Positions 9,975 through 21,757 are shown, counted from the stretch's first letter. The stretch: DNA of 64,000 bases from an uncultured Nitrospiraceae bacterium (GCA_963727805.1 CAVSHF010000003.1:1888001-1952000); one strand, 5' to 3'. Made by a program: numbers and translations. The notes: a model not told the origin generated them from the letters alone.

Positions 9975-10748
9975 CTATGGCTCCATTGTACCACAGGCGT
10001 TGAATCCGGCGACAACACTCTCGCACGCCCGGGCGCAAAGGCGCTTTCTCACTTCTGCCAAAGAGACCGCGTCGGATGATTCAAAAATAGGCGGGCTGAA
10101 GTACACAACCGCTTCGATCCTCCGGAAGCCGATAATTTTCCAAAAGTGAGGGGCCATTTTCATGCCCCCATGCCAGACCAACTCATCCTGCATTTCAGGC
10201 GCGTACCTGATGCTGACCGGCGCAACCGGAATGTTCCTGCCTGCAGGGACTTTAAAAAAGGTGCTTTTGAATGGCTTTATCGATCTGCCGTCTGAGGTCG
10301 TTCCTTCGGGAAAAATGATAACAGCGATGCCCGAGTCGATCTTCTGCTCTATCTCAAACATCGCATCAAGGGCAGCTCTCTTCGATTTTCTGTTGACAAA
10401 TACTGTCCCCCCAAGCGAGGCGAGCCATCCCACAAGGGGCCACCCTTTCACTTCATGATTTGACAAGAAAGCCGAAGGGCGGATGCTCCCCACCGCGAAA
10501 ACATCAAGATAGCTCATATGATTACAGACGGTAAAACCGCCGGTGCCCATTCCCGTGCCTCTTTTGACCACGTGGATGCCGAGGATTCGGCACATGGCCC
10601 GTGCCCATAACATCGTGGAGACGGCGTTGGCCCTTGTCCTCTCATGAACGCTTCCGGCAAACACAAGATTAACTCCCAGTCCCGCAAGAAGAAACACCAG
10701 GCTCGCCGGCATGAGGAGACAGATTCTGCATATTTTAAACAGCGTCAT
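9975..10748 (-). CDS. Lysophospholipid acyltransferase (PlsC family)
   Basis: NHMSYLD and FPEGTT motifs. Confidence 0.9.
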   Translation of the reverse strand: MTLFKICRICLLMPASLVFLLAGLGVNLVFAGSVHERTRANAVSTMLWARAMCRILGIHVVKRGTGMGTGGFTVCNHMSYLDVFAVGSIRPSAFLSNHEVKGWPLVGWLASLGGTVFVNRKSKRAALDAMFEIEQKIDSGIAVIIFPEGTTSDGRSIKPFKSTFFKVPAGRNIPVAPVSIRYAPEMQDELVWHGGMKMAPHFWKIIGFRRIEAVVYFSPPIFESSDAVSLAEVRKRLCARACESVVAGFNACGTMEP

Positions 10749-10819
10749 AGGATTCTTAGTACCAGTATCAGGAATGGTGCAGTAGTTTGAGTCTTGATCA
10801 ACCTGAAACAGCAGGTCGG

Positions 10820-11227
10820 TTATGTCTTATAATGTATTGCATTTACGAGTAGGTATTTTATAAGCTTCTGGAGGCTGTATTTGGCAGAAGGATGCAAGTC
10901 GTCGAAATTCACTGCAATCTCGATTACATCCTGCTTCTCAATATCTTTGGGGACCTGGATCCTAACAATGCTCCCCTGCACTTCGAGAATATTATCCATG
11001 CCGCCCGCTTCGAGGTGTACAGCTACCTTCTCGGAAATACCGGGCAGGAGACTACTGCTCGCAAAATCTGCCAGCAAGCCCGACACGCTTAAATTGACCA
11101 GATTCCCCGTGGCCGTCTGCCCGCGAAAAGCGACTGAAATAGCGCCTTCCTTTATAAAACGCTTGTAGTGCCTTCCCTCCGACAGGACCTCAAGGGTCTT
11201 TATGTGGTTGTTGAATAATTCACCCAT
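10820..11227 (-). CDS. PilZ domain protein
   Basis: RHYKR (RxxxR) and NLSVSG (D/NxSxxG). Confidence 0.8.
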   Translation of the reverse strand: MGELFNNHIKTLEVLSEGRHYKRFIKEGAISVAFRGQTATGNLVNLSVSGLLADFASSSLLPGISEKVAVHLEAGGMDNILEVQGSIVRIQVPKDIEKQDVIEIAVNFDDLHPSAKYSLQKLIKYLLVNAIHYKT

Positions 11228-11344
11228 GGCTTATCTTAGCTTCTATAAACAATTACTTCTTTAATATACCTCACCTTTTTCCCCATATGCAATTCAACAT
11301 GCCTCTCCTTGAAGCGAGGAAACCGAAACTGATAGCATACCTGC

Positions 11345-12454
11345 ATGCCGACGGTAATCGTAAAGCAGTCGTCGTATGATTACGGAGTGCTCAGGCCTCA
11401 TGTCTTTGAGATTCTTGACCGATATATCGGCTCATCCATCCATAAGAACAGCCTTGTCGTGATCAAACCAAACCTTCTGGCTCCGGCGCCTCCCGAAATG
11501 CCGGTGCTTACCCACCCACTCCTCGTGCGGGCAGTTGCGGAATATGTGATCGGGAAGGGAGCCAAGCCGCGGATCTCCGACAGCCATGCTATGGGCACTT
11601 TCAAAATGGTACTCCGAACCGGTGGCTTTCTGGACGCTCTCAATGGGCTCGATGTCGAGTTCGAAGAGTTTAAGAAATCAGTCTTCGTCGATGTTGGGAA
11701 ACCGTTCGGCAAGATAGAGATAGCCGAAGACGCCATCACCGCAGACGTGCTTATCAATCTTCCCAAGCTGAAGACCCATGCGCAGATGCTCCTCACCCTG
11801 GGAGTTAAAAACCTTTTCGGCTGCATCATCGGTCTCAGAAAGCCTGAATGGCATTTCAGGACCGGCGTAGATCGGGAGATGTTCGCGGGCCTGCTGGTAA
11901 AAATCCACACAGTCATCAATCCGTCTGTGACGCTTCTTGATGGCATACTCGCCATGGAAGGCCAAGGGCCCGGAAAGGGCGGCTTGCCGCGGCAACTTGG
12001 CGTTGTGATGGGGAGCGACAGTGCAATTGCGCTCGATATAACCGTCTGTCGAATGCTGGGAATAGCACCCGATAGCCTGTTTACCAATCGTGCCGCGCGC
12101 GAGATGGGCTTCGACGGTCCGATCGATATAGTGGGCGATCTGCCATCAATTAAGGATTTCAAATTCCCTTCCATCTCCCCCATCGTCTTTGGACCTCCAC
12201 AATTTCACGGATTCATGAGAAGACATCTCGTACAAAGACCCGCCGTCGACATGCACCTGTGCAAAGCATGCGGCGAATGCTGGCAATACTGCCCTGCAAA
12301 AGCGATCTCTCTCAAAAAAGAAGGACTTGCATTCGATTATGAGAAATGTATTCGCTGCTATTGCTGCATAGAGGTCTGTCCTCATGCAGCACTCAAGTCA
12401 AAAGAGACAGTAACGGGTAAAATCGCCAGAAAGTTTCTCAAACGGAAATCGTGA
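11345..12454 (+). CDS. DUF362 protein with C-terminal 2[4Fe-4S] domain
   Basis: IKPNL, INLPKLKTH, LGVKNLFG, AMEGQGP; two ferredoxin motifs. Confidence 0.9.
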   Translation: MPTVIVKQSSYDYGVLRPHVFEILDRYIGSSIHKNSLVVIKPNLLAPAPPEMPVLTHPLLVRAVAEYVIGKGAKPRISDSHAMGTFKMVLRTGGFLDALNGLDVEFEEFKKSVFVDVGKPFGKIEIAEDAITADVLINLPKLKTHAQMLLTLGVKNLFGCIIGLRKPEWHFRTGVDREMFAGLLVKIHTVINPSVTLLDGILAMEGQGPGKGGLPRQLGVVMGSDSAIALDITVCRMLGIAPDSLFTNRAAREMGFDGPIDIVGDLPSIKDFKFPSISPIVFGPPQFHGFMRRHLVQRPAVDMHLCKACGECWQYCPAKAISLKKEGLAFDYEKCIRCYCCIEVCPHAALKSKETVTGKIARKFLKRKS

Positions 12455-12690
12455 TTTTTATTCCAGCAGCCTTTTATTCTCGACGCTTATTTTTAAAAAC
12501 TCTTGGAGATGCTCGATAATTACGACATATACCTATAAAAATGTTATCATGCTAAAGAACCGAGCATCTTAGAGAGAGGGGAGAAGTAGGCGCATTTCGA
12601 GAAATGATGATCCAAGCTCAGCGGAAGTCCTACCATGTTTGATACTAATAATAAGGATAATCGGAAACCATCTCAGATTAAAGGAACTCC

Positions 12691-13083
12691 ATGCGAAACG
12701 TATTGTTGGCATTAATAATCTTTTTTGGCATTGTCTCATGCAGCCATAACCTTCGCGGAGAGTTTGAACAAGATCTTGACAAATATAATACCCTGCTGCG
12801 CTGGAATGAACTTGAAACTGCAAGCCTGTTTGCAGCACGACCGCTGCAGGAGGAGTTCCTCGCGCGATCAAAAGCATCTAAAGTAAGGATTTTTGATTAT
12901 CGTATTGTTAACACCAAGTATGATGAGCAGAAGAGTAAGGCGAGCGTGGAAGTGCAGATTGATTACTATCTCCTGTCTACGAGCAGAGCAAAGACACTTC
13001 AGGATGTGGAGGAATGGGCTTATATAGAGGAAAAGGGAATCAAATCCTGGAGGCTGATGAGCCCGTTGCCGGCATTCAAATAA
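12691..13083 (+). CDS. Putative lipoprotein
   Basis: Lipoprotein-type signal MRNVLLALIIFFGIVSC; SD AAGGA. Confidence 0.7.
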   Translation: MRNVLLALIIFFGIVSCSHNLRGEFEQDLDKYNTLLRWNELETASLFAARPLQEEFLARSKASKVRIFDYRIVNTKYDEQKSKASVEVQIDYYLLSTSRAKTLQDVEEWAYIEEKGIKSWRLMSPLPAFK

Positions 13084-13491
13084 ATTCTCATTTTTTACAA
13101 TCCTTCCTCACGTCCACCCGTAGAAATTTCTATCCCTGCACGCCATCAACATCCCCTCGACAATGTTGTAAAACGGCAGGCGGTTGCCACCTCTGTTTTT
13201 ATAGCCGAAGATTTATTACAACACACCCGCAGTGTGGAAAGCATGCGGATGGAGAATGATCCGACAGGCGCAAAGCTGCAATGATTGCTACGAGGGTAAA
13301 CGCTGTACATCTGAAACGTTTCGAAGCGTTTCTTCTCATTGTTTACCAAGAGTCATCGTTTTTTGATTTTTAGACAATGCGTTACCCCCTCCCTCCCTTT
13401 AATTCTGTTATTGCAATATATGAATATTCTTGATAAAATTATGGTAATATGATGTCTGAGCTAAGTTCAGTTCATCTGGAGGGGCGACGCC

Positions 13492-13716
13492 ATGACTATG
13501 CGAGTCGTATATAACGATAATACTCACGATATGATTTCTGCGTATACTCTTGATCCACTTATTGAGAGCAAAAAAATCAAAATGTTTTATCGTCCATCCG
13601 AAGATAGATGGATTACTGTTGGAGTAGATTCGGTAAGGAAGAATACTCAGGAATTAGGCCATTATGACGGCCATGAACGGCGATTGGCAAATTTAATAGC
13701 AGCGCAACTTGTTTGA
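13492..13716 (+). CDS. GSU3473-family small protein
   Basis: RVVY..DMI..LI..KI..FYR..WITVGVD..R..YDGHERR pattern; SD GGAGG. Confidence 0.7.
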   Translation: MTMRVVYNDNTHDMISAYTLDPLIESKKIKMFYRPSEDRWITVGVDSVRKNTQELGHYDGHERRLANLIAAQLV

Positions 13717-13738
13717 GTCCCTTACTCGATAGGGGACT
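13716..13738 (+). terminator. Hairpin after the GSU3473-like gene
   Basis: AGTCCCTTA-CTCGA-TAGGGGACT; weak U tail. Confidence 0.4.
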
Positions 13739-13822
13739 GTTAAAACAGACAGAAACTAGTCAAATATTCAGATTTATTGATATAATTAACATATAGACTT
13801 ATAAAGAGGAGGACATTATACC

Positions 13823-14092
13823 ATGTGTGCTTTCGAAAGTCATGTCAAGGATAAATCCCCCAATGAATCAAGAACTTTGCAGAGGCGGAAATGTGATTTA
13901 GCAACCGAATTAATGGTCCCCTGGGGAGACAGATGGAGTTGTAAAATAGTTGATATGAGTGAACGAGGGTTCGGTATTGTCACCAGTGTGAAGTTGAGGA
14001 AGGGCGATATGGTGAACATTGCAACTCCCGAGGCAAAAGCCAAAGTGGTTTGGATGGATAAGAACAGGGTAGGTCTCAGGGTCTGTAATTAG
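13823..14092 (+). CDS. Short PilZ domain protein
   Basis: RTLQR and DMSERG motifs; AKVVW..GL; SD GAGGAGG. Confidence 0.8.
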   Translation: MCAFESHVKDKSPNESRTLQRRKCDLATELMVPWGDRWSCKIVDMSERGFGIVTSVKLRKGDMVNIATPEAKAKVVWMDKNRVGLRVCN

Positions 14093-14114
14093 AAGTCATT
14101 GAGAGCTCTCTTCT

Positions 14115-14339
14115 CTATCGCTGCAGGCGTGGCTTCAGCCCGAGCTTATAGAGGACGTTCGCCATCAGGCAGAATCCGGTGGCACCGAAAATGATGAGAT
14201 TTATGCCGATGAGGACAGTGAAGATTAACCAATATGGACTATAGAGCCAAGCGAGCAAAGCGCTCGCAAGAGTAAATATTCCCGCAACGAGAAAAGCCGC
14301 GCGTTCAAGGTACCAGCTGTCGGTACTTGCAATATACAT
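14115..14339 (-). CDS. DUF2892 / YgaP-like inner membrane protein
   Basis: LER..LVAG, two TMs, TGFCLM. Confidence 0.85.
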   Translation of the reverse strand: MYIASTDSWYLERAAFLVAGIFTLASALLAWLYSPYWLIFTVLIGINLIIFGATGFCLMANVLYKLGLKPRLQR

Positions 14340-14371
14340 GGTAATGACCTCCCCTATTTTTCTTCCGTCGC

Positions 14372-17300
14372 TTATTCACCCTTTTTCATCGGGCGGGGAC
14401 GGTTCTTGTAAACTTCATAATAAAGTAATGGCACCGCTACAAGGGTAAGCACGGTCGCCGCAACCGCGCCGCACATCATAGCGATGGCCAGTCCCTGAAA
14501 AATCGGGTCAAAGAGCATGACAAAGGACCCGACCACGACTGCCGCTGCTGTCAGCATAATCGGCCTGAAGCGCACCGCGCCGGCACCGATAACAGCCTCC
14601 TTGAGATCCCCGCCTGCTCTCCATTCCATCTGGATAAAGTCGACAAGCAGGATCGAATTCCTGACGATGATACCCGACAGCGCGATAAATCCGATCATCG
14701 ATGTTGCAGTAAAGAAAGCGCCGAATATCCAGTGTCCCGGTAGGATTCCCACAAGCGTTAGCGGGATCGGGGCCATGATGATCAGCGGTACGACAAAACT
14801 CCTAAACCACGCAACGACAAGAATGTAGATTAGGACGAGCACGGCAGCAAAGGCGATGCCCAGATCCCGGAATACTTCATACGTGATGTGCCACTCACCG
14901 TCCCACTTCATCGAATATCTCTGTTCGAGCGGTGGCTGAATGGTAGAGTATTGTTTCAGCTCATACCCTTCAGTCAGATGCAGATTCCTGATCTTTTCCT
15001 TCATCTTGAGGATAACATAGACCGGACTCTCTTCTGCCCCTGCCACATCGCCGATCACATAGGTCACGCGCTTGAGGTTCTTGTGATAAATCGTCTTTTC
15101 CTGGATACTTTCTTTCATCGCCACAAGTTCGGAGAGAGAAACGAGAGAGCCGGAGGCAGACGGCACAGCGACTTCCTTCAGCGATGACAGGTCTGCGCGC
15201 TCTGCGATAGGCATGCGCATGAACAGTTCGACTGGCTCCTTGTCACGCTCGAAATGGACAGGACCGGCTACTATGCCGTTCAATGCAGTCTTCAGAGTCT
15301 GTGCGGCTGCCTCAGTGCTTACCCCATTGAGTGCCGCTTTGTCTCGATCGACGTCAAAGGTGATCTTTTTCTGGTCGGCTTCAACGTACCAGTCGACGTC
15401 CACCACACCGTCTGTGTTCTGGAAAATGTCCTTGACAGACTTTGCGATCTCGACCTGCCTTTTGGGATCAGGGCCATAGACCTCTGCAACCAGCGTATCG
15501 AGTACTGGCGGGCCCGGCGGGATCTCGGCGATCTTGATCCTTGCGCCGTACCGGTCACCGATTGTCTTGAGTCCAGGACGGATCCTCTTCGCAATATCGT
15601 GACTTTGCGCAGTCCGTTCGTCCTTGCCGACAAAATTCACTTGGATGTCCGCTACATTGCTGCCCGAGCGCAGGAAATAGTGGCGCACCAAACCGTTAAA
15701 ATTGTAAGGTGCTGCCGTGCCGATGTAAGACTGATAATCGGTCACTTCGGGGATTGTCTTAAGGTATTCACCCATCTCGCGAGCTAGAGCAGCCGTATGC
15801 TCGAGCGCCGCCCCCTCCGGCATATCGATGATAACCTGCAGTTCGCTCTTGTTGTCAAACGGCAGCATTTTGACCGTGACCATCTTCAGAGGCACGAGCA
15901 GTACTGCCAGACCAAGCAGGAGACCAACCAGCCAGAGGGCAACCATTCGTTTGTTACGCTTTTCAATCAGAGGTCGAAGTACCTTCCCGTAGAATGCATG
16001 GAGCTTTTGTCCCTCGTCTCCATTTCCTGTATGGCGAGTATTACGTAGCACCTTATAGCCAAGCCACGGGCTCACGATAAATGCGACAAGAAGTGAAAAG
16101 AGCATCGCGGCCGATGCGCCGACCGGAATTGGCCGCATATAAGGTCCCATGAGTCCGGATACAAAGGCCATAGGCAGGAGCGCGGCGATGACCGTAAAGG
16201 TGGCAAGGATCGTTGGGTTGCCGACTTCATCGACAGCACGCACGGCGGTCATGGTCGAAGCCCCGTGCATTTTAAAGTGGCGATGCATATTCTCAACAAC
16301 AACGATAGCATCATCGACCAAGATGCCTATTGAAAATATGAGTGCGAAGAGTGTGACCCTGTTAAGGGTATACCCGTACAGATAGGTGATGAGTAGCGTG
16401 AGGGCGAGCGTTACCGGGACTGCAACTGCCACGATGACTGATTCACGCCATCCGAGCGCCAGTGCGATAAGGATGACGACGGCAATGGTTGCAATCATCA
16501 TGTGCTCCAACAATTCGTCCGATTTTTCTTTTGCAGTATCGCCGTAGTTTCGCGTCACGGTAACCTGCACATCCGAAGGCAGGAGCGCCCCACGCAGGGC
16601 TTCTACCTTTTTCAAGGTCTCCTTGGCGACGATGCTGGCATTGGCACCTTTTTTCTTCGCGATAGTAATCGTAACGGCCTCGTGCTCGCCTGCGGCATCA
16701 GCAATCCCTTTTTTAGATGCCGACGGACCAAGTCCCATGAATACGTAATCAGCTGGTTCCTCAGGACCGTCGCTAATCCGCGCGACATCACGCAAATAGA
16801 CAGGCCTTCCGTTATATGCCGCCACAACGACGTTGCCGACCTCATCGGCATTTTTCAGAAATGAACCTGTTTCAACAAGCATTTCTTTATTGCCGCTCGG
16901 AAATGCGCCGGATGGTAGGATGAAATTCGCCTTTTGCAAACTTCCGATGATCTGTTGTGATGACATCTGATAAGCCTTAAGCCTTGACGGATCAATGCTG
17001 ATCAGCACTTGCCGATGCTGTCCGCCGATGAGATTAAACTCAGAAACATCCTGATCCTTCTTCAGCTCACTCGATAGTTCGGCGGCTATGCGACGGAGTT
17101 CGTATCCCGAATACCGGCCATCCTTGCTCCACAGAGTGAGCGTCAGGATTGAGACATCATCGATCGACTTCGGTTTGACGAGCGGCTGAGAAATGCCGGG
17201 AGGGATAATATCGTAATGCGACATAAGCTTGTTGTAGACCTTCACGATGCTTTCTTCCATGTTCTCCCCGACGTAGAACCGAACTATCGTGAGATTCGAG

Positions 17301-17578
17301 CCGGGTTTCGCGATGGAATAGACGTATTCGACCCCCTTGATCTCCCATAGAAGCTGCTCCATTGGGCGGGTAACACGCGCCTCAACTTCTTTAGATGTGG
17401 CGCCCGGATAGCTGATTAGCACATCAATCATCGGTACGACAATCTGCGGCTCCTCCTCACGGGGTGTGACGATTACCGCAAAAACACCGAGCAGAACCGA
17501 AGCAATCACCGCAAGCGGCGTCAGCTTTGAATTGATGAATGCTTGGGCTATTCTGCCCGAAATGCCGACTCCGGTCAT
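14372..17578 (-). CDS. RND efflux permease (AcrB/AcrD/AcrF family)
   Basis: 1068 aa; [41 protein letters not shown]. Confidence 0.95.
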   Translation of the reverse strand: MTGVGISGRIAQAFINSKLTPLAVIASVLLGVFAVIVTPREEEPQIVVPMIDVLISYPGATSKEVEARVTRPMEQLLWEIKGVEYVYSIAKPGSNLTIVRFYVGENMEESIVKVYNKLMSHYDIIPPGISQPLVKPKSIDDVSILTLTLWSKDGRYSGYELRRIAAELSSELKKDQDVSEFNLIGGQHRQVLISIDPSRLKAYQMSSQQIIGSLQKANFILPSGAFPSGNKEMLVETGSFLKNADEVGNVVVAAYNGRPVYLRDVARISDGPEEPADYVFMGLGPSASKKGIADAAGEHEAVTITIAKKKGANASIVAKETLKKVEALRGALLPSDVQVTVTRNYGDTAKEKSDELLEHMMIATIAVVILIALALGWRESVIVAVAVPVTLALTLLITYLYGYTLNRVTLFALIFSIGILVDDAIVVVENMHRHFKMHGASTMTAVRAVDEVGNPTILATFTVIAALLPMAFVSGLMGPYMRPIPVGASAAMLFSLLVAFIVSPWLGYKVLRNTRHTGNGDEGQKLHAFYGKVLRPLIEKRNKRMVALWLVGLLLGLAVLLVPLKMVTVKMLPFDNKSELQVIIDMPEGAALEHTAALAREMGEYLKTIPEVTDYQSYIGTAAPYNFNGLVRHYFLRSGSNVADIQVNFVGKDERTAQSHDIAKRIRPGLKTIGDRYGARIKIAEIPPGPPVLDTLVAEVYGPDPKRQVEIAKSVKDIFQNTDGVVDVDWYVEADQKKITFDVDRDKAALNGVSTEAAAQTLKTALNGIVAGPVHFERDKEPVELFMRMPIAERADLSSLKEVAVPSASGSLVSLSELVAMKESIQEKTIYHKNLKRVTYVIGDVAGAEESPVYVILKMKEKIRNLHLTEGYELKQYSTIQPPLEQRYSMKWDGEWHITYEVFRDLGIAFAAVLVLIYILVVAWFRSFVVPLIIMAPIPLTLVGILPGHWIFGAFFTATSMIGFIALSGIIVRNSILLVDFIQMEWRAGGDLKEAVIGAGAVRFRPIMLTAAAVVVGSFVMLFDPIFQGLAIAMMCGAVAATVLTLVAVPLLYYEVYKNRPRPMKKGE

Positions 17579-17582
17579 AGTG

Positions 17583-18734
17583 TCATTTACCCTTATTCAA
17601 AATCGAGGTCTCGGCATTTGGTTCAGCAATAATGCCACCATCCACAGCCTTGTCCGTTCCAGCGATAATGGTTTTTTCTCCTGGGTTGAGTCCTGAGAGG
17701 ATTTCGATGTTACTGCCGAAGCGTTTGCCGAGACGCACGAGCCGATACGAGATGACCCCTTTCGGGTCAATAATGTAGACGCCAGTGAGCTGGCCCTTTT
17801 CAACAACAGCGGTGGCGGGGATAGTAAGAACGTCCCGCGACCCAGTCGGTATTCTTACTTTTGCATACAGGCCGGTCTTGAGCCCTGTGCTGCTTAATGC
17901 TATTTTTACAATGAAAGTCCTCGACATTGGATCGACCGAGGGTACGACCTCCGAAACTTTCCCATTAATCGTTTGATTCAGCGCATCAATAACCAGAACA
18001 ACAGGATTTCCTGTCTTAATACCTGCGGAAAGCTTTTCATCAACTGCGGCTTCGACGAGAAATGAGGACGTATCCTCGATAGTCAGAAGCTGCATGCCCG
18101 GCATTGCCATGCTTCCGACGTCGATCTTCTTCCCCGTAACAACCCCAGCAAAAGGCGCCCTGATATGCGAATAGCCCTGGAACGTCTGCGCTTCCTTAAG
18201 CAACGCTCTTGCCCGCTCATGTTCGCTCTCAGCAATCTTCTTCTGTGTCTCTACCTGATCGAATTCCTGTCGGGATAGCGCTTTTTCTTCATAAAGCTTT
18301 GCATACCGTGAAAAGGTCACCTCGGCCAATTGCTTCTGCTGATTAGCGGACTCGACAGCACTCCTAGCTGCGCTTATCTTCTGCACTAAGTCGCTATCAT
18401 CGATTGTCAGAAGGGCTTGCCCCTGGCCCACCCGCTGGCCCTCTTGCACAACCACGGAGGTGACACTCCCCATGATTTTGCTCGCAATAACACCAACGTT
18501 CTTCGCCTTGACCGTACCAAAGGTCTCATAATAATCATGGACCCTTGATAGTTGAAGTTCAGCAACAGTGACTCCAGAAACCGATACATGCTTCACCTCG
18601 GCGGTCCCGGGAGAGACCTTGTCGCGGCACCCGACGATGAGCAGTACAACTGCTATACATAACACAGTCGTTACAGTAAGTACACGTTTTTTTGTCCGTT
18701 GCTTTACTTTGTCTGCACACATAAAATTATTCAT
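17583..18734 (-). CDS. RND periplasmic adaptor (MFP)
   Basis: Lipoyl/hairpin pattern [23 protein letters not shown]. Confidence 0.92.
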   Translation of the reverse strand: MNNFMCADKVKQRTKKRVLTVTTVLCIAVVLLIVGCRDKVSPGTAEVKHVSVSGVTVAELQLSRVHDYYETFGTVKAKNVGVIASKIMGSVTSVVVQEGQRVGQGQALLTIDDSDLVQKISAARSAVESANQQKQLAEVTFSRYAKLYEEKALSRQEFDQVETQKKIAESEHERARALLKEAQTFQGYSHIRAPFAGVVTGKKIDVGSMAMPGMQLLTIEDTSSFLVEAAVDEKLSAGIKTGNPVVLVIDALNQTINGKVSEVVPSVDPMSRTFIVKIALSSTGLKTGLYAKVRIPTGSRDVLTIPATAVVEKGQLTGVYIIDPKGVISYRLVRLGKRFGSNIEILSGLNPGEKTIIAGTDKAVDGGIIAEPNAETSILNKGK

Positions 18735-18748
18735 TCCACCCCCGGCTT

Positions 18749-20131
18749 CTATCGTTCAATCGCGAAGTCCATGAGCAGTGATCCGCCCTGGAAACTTAAA
18801 TTGGCTCGCGCGAGCCTATGGTCGTTTGTGCGCGCGATATATGTCGCCCTCTGATGGTCAAGGTTCGTCTGGGCATCAAGAAGGTCGACCATCGGGGCGA
18901 GCGAATTCTGATACCTGAGTTCCACAAGCCGCTTTCCCTCTTCTGCGGTCTTGAGTGCTGAGGCAGCAAGTTCCTCGTTCTTGCGTGCTTCATCCGCATT
19001 GAGAGATGCTTCGTAAACCCTAAATGAAACTTCATTTTTCAGGGATACCAGATGCTCTTCCGATTCCGAAACCTTGAATTTGGCTTTTGCACGTTCATGT
19101 TCGCGCCTGAACCCGTCAAAGAGCTCCCAACGGAGAAAGGCCTGCACGGTCCAGCTTTCTCCTTCTGTGCCGAAAGGCTGTCGGTGATCATTAAGCTGAT
19201 ATGAGCCGCCCACTCCTATCGTCGGTAGATACCCTGCTTCAGCAAATCTGACACTCTCACGCGCGTTCTCCAGATAACGTTCCATGGCCCTCACATCACC
19301 CCGCACCGACGAATTTTGCACATAGAAATCGAGATCTCTCTGTTGAATCTCAAGCAGTTCATCGGAAACATCCACTGACTCTGACAAGCCGAGGAGAAGA
19401 CCGAGAGACCTCTTTGCAACGCTGAGATTAGTCTGTGTACTAATGAGCCCCTGGTTTGCCTCAGCCAATGCTGTTGATGCCCTTAACACGTCTGAGTAAA
19501 GTCCGAGCCCCGCGTCATAGCGCAGTTGAGCAATTCGACGATGTTCCTCTGCGTCTTTTACTCCCTGGATTGCAACCTGAACATACTGCCGCGCCGTTTG
19601 TACGGACAAGAAAGATTTTATAACCTGAAAGGCGATCTCCTGCTTTTTTCGCGTTAGCTCCTCTCCCATGGCATCTCGCTTGATATTAGCCATGTCGAGA
19701 CCAAGCATTGCTTTGCTTGAAAAGATGATCTGTTCGAGACCAAAAGATGACTGAAAGTCATTTAGGGGATGGGGTTTATTTAAAGCATCTATAGCAAAGT
19801 CCTGCTGAGAAAAGCGCTGTTGGTTGAGCTTAGCGGAAAACACCGCAGTCGGATTGTTCGTCCGCATGGAACGCTCTTCAAAAAAGAGGTGAGGGAACAA
19901 AGCGCTGCGAGCTATGCCGACATCCGCACCTTCTGCTCCGAGTGCATAGCCGAAAGCCTTCAGTTCGTGATTATCACTGAGCGCAATCACAACAGCTTCC
20001 TTGATAGATAGTGTCCGCTCACTACCGAAGACGCTCGTTCCCGCAAGAAGGACGAGCAGGGACGACAGAGCGACAATCCTGGTGTATCCATGCGCCTTCC
20101 GGATAAGATGCCGATTGTAAAAAGTGCTCAT
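18749..20131 (-). CDS. TolC family outer membrane channel
   Basis: Signal peptide; OEP repeats (YLPTI, WELFDG, DLLDAQ). Confidence 0.9.
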   Translation of the reverse strand: MSTFYNRHLIRKAHGYTRIVALSSLLVLLAGTSVFGSERTLSIKEAVVIALSDNHELKAFGYALGAEGADVGIARSALFPHLFFEERSMRTNNPTAVFSAKLNQQRFSQQDFAIDALNKPHPLNDFQSSFGLEQIIFSSKAMLGLDMANIKRDAMGEELTRKKQEIAFQVIKSFLSVQTARQYVQVAIQGVKDAEEHRRIAQLRYDAGLGLYSDVLRASTALAEANQGLISTQTNLSVAKRSLGLLLGLSESVDVSDELLEIQQRDLDFYVQNSSVRGDVRAMERYLENARESVRFAEAGYLPTIGVGGSYQLNDHRQPFGTEGESWTVQAFLRWELFDGFRREHERAKAKFKVSESEEHLVSLKNEVSFRVYEASLNADEARKNEELAASALKTAEEGKRLVELRYQNSLAPMVDLLDAQTNLDHQRATYIARTNDHRLARANLSFQGGSLLMDFAIER

Positions 20132-20538
20132 GATGCAAGCCTTGATTTACTTCTTTGTCTCTTTTGCATATAGGCAAGATATGTTTCCATCCCGCATTTC
20201 CCTGTCTTTTTCTGAAATTCCCGGCACTCCCCGAGCGACTTAACATCGTCGGCTAGAATAAGGTTACCTTTGAGAACATCGACGACTACGCCAAGAAGGA
20301 GACGCTGCATTTTACGGGGCTTCTTTTTGATAGTATAAAAGATCATTTTCCCATCGCGTCGGCCATCAAGAAACCCTCCCTTATGAAGCAGTGAAAGGTT
20401 ATGCGAGACAAGCGGCTGCGACATCCCAAGCACCCCCATTATCTGGCAAACACAAAGTTCTCGCCCCGTAAGAAGCATGAGTATCCTCAATCGCGACCGG
20501 TCTGAAAGCAGTTTCATAGATTCCACGATATCAAACAT
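20128..20538 (-). CDS. ArsR/SmtB family transcriptional regulator
   Basis: LSDRSRLRIL, ELCVCQI, SQPLVSHNL, G..IFY; start probably ATG 20538; ATGA overlap with tolC. Confidence 0.9.
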   Translation of the reverse strand: MFDIVESMKLLSDRSRLRILMLLTGRELCVCQIMGVLGMSQPLVSHNLSLLHKGGFLDGRRDGKMIFYTIKKKPRKMQRLLLGVVVDVLKGNLILADDVKSLGECREFQKKTGKCGMETYLAYMQKRQRSKSRLAS

Positions 20539-20630
20539 AAATATATTTATATTCATTTATATATAAAATGTCAAGAGATGGAAGAATAGAAGCTGCTCAT
20601 CGACAATGGCAAGGGGAGATGAACGACCGG

Positions 20631-21659
20631 CTACGGACGAAACTTCTGCTCAGCGGTCTTCTGTTTATACATCTGCATATCCGCTTCTTTGAGCATCTGA
20701 TCAACGGACCAGGTTTTGACATAACTGCACACGACCGCTCCCGTACTGATCGTCAGGAGACAGGGTCGCTTCTCCTTCCGGTTGAATTTCGCTATATTAT
20801 CATGGAGCCTTTTCATACACATATCTTTTGTACCATCTTGGAACTCAGTAATAAGAACGGCAAATTCATCTCCGCCGATGCGGGCGATAATATCGGATTC
20901 GCGGAATGTCTTCTTCAGAAGCTTCGCAAGGTCCTTTAGTGCAATATCGCCCTGAGCATGCCCATAGGTATCATTAACCCGCTTGAGTTCATTCATGTCA
21001 GCAAATATTAGCAGCACATCCTTTTTCATTCGCCTGGCGAACTTGATCGGCTGTTTAGCAAGCGTCAGGAAGCCCCGGCGATTATACAGCCCAGTCAGAT
21101 CATCCGACAATGAAAGAGCATACAGCGCGGATTCCATGTCCTTCAGTGAAGTAATGTTCTTCGAAACTACAGTCACTGCCTTGATGTTGCCCTTCAGATC
21201 TACAACAGGACTCATTGTCCACAGGAAATAGCCGCCATCACGATTGCTTCTGTGCTCGTACTGGGCGGAGCCTCCAGTTTTGATTACCTTGTCGACATAA
21301 CCGACAAATTCTGATGTTTCTTCGGGCGTGTGGAAATCGCTATAGGCCTTTCCCAAAACTTCATCCCGCGCAAGCCCTAGCCGGGACATATGCTTCTTGT
21401 TCATGAAGAGATACCGGCTTTTCTTGTCGACAAGATAGATGGAATCGTCGGTCGATTCGACCAGGGCTCGATACTTCTCTTCGCTTTCACGCAGTTCTTC
21501 CTCGATCCGCTTCCTGTCTGCAATCTCCTTTTCGAAATCCTTGATAAGCTTACGAATCCTGCTTGAATCTGGGACGGTAATGCGCAGTGCATCAAGTTCC
21601 CTGCGAAGTTCTGACAACTCCACAAGAAGCAGTTCCCTCGTCTTTTTATTGTCTTCCAT
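20631..21659 (-). CDS. PAS-GGDEF diguanylate cyclase
   Basis: Coiled coil, PAS, DDLTGLYNRR, I-site RESD and intact GGDEF. Confidence 0.93.
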   Translation of the reverse strand: MEDNKKTRELLLVELSELRRELDALRITVPDSSRIRKLIKDFEKEIADRKRIEEELRESEEKYRALVESTDDSIYLVDKKSRYLFMNKKHMSRLGLARDEVLGKAYSDFHTPEETSEFVGYVDKVIKTGGSAQYEHRSNRDGGYFLWTMSPVVDLKGNIKAVTVVSKNITSLKDMESALYALSLSDDLTGLYNRRGFLTLAKQPIKFARRMKKDVLLIFADMNELKRVNDTYGHAQGDIALKDLAKLLKKTFRESDIIARIGGDEFAVLITEFQDGTKDMCMKRLHDNIAKFNRKEKRPCLLTISTGAVVCSYVKTWSVDQMLKEADMQMYKQKTAEQKFRP

Positions 21660-21757
21660 CTCGGATTCCCGAACCTGGGTGCTCTCCGTATATTATCACA
21701 ATTACAACCAAAAACGGCTCGGGACAGACGTGGATGAAAAAAGGGGGGAGGTAAAGT

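Noticed and set aside
13199..13339. 46-aa ORF with AFTLVAIIAAL resembling a prepilin N-terminus
   Set aside because: Lacks Gly(-1) and Glu(+5) and has no pilin body; too weak
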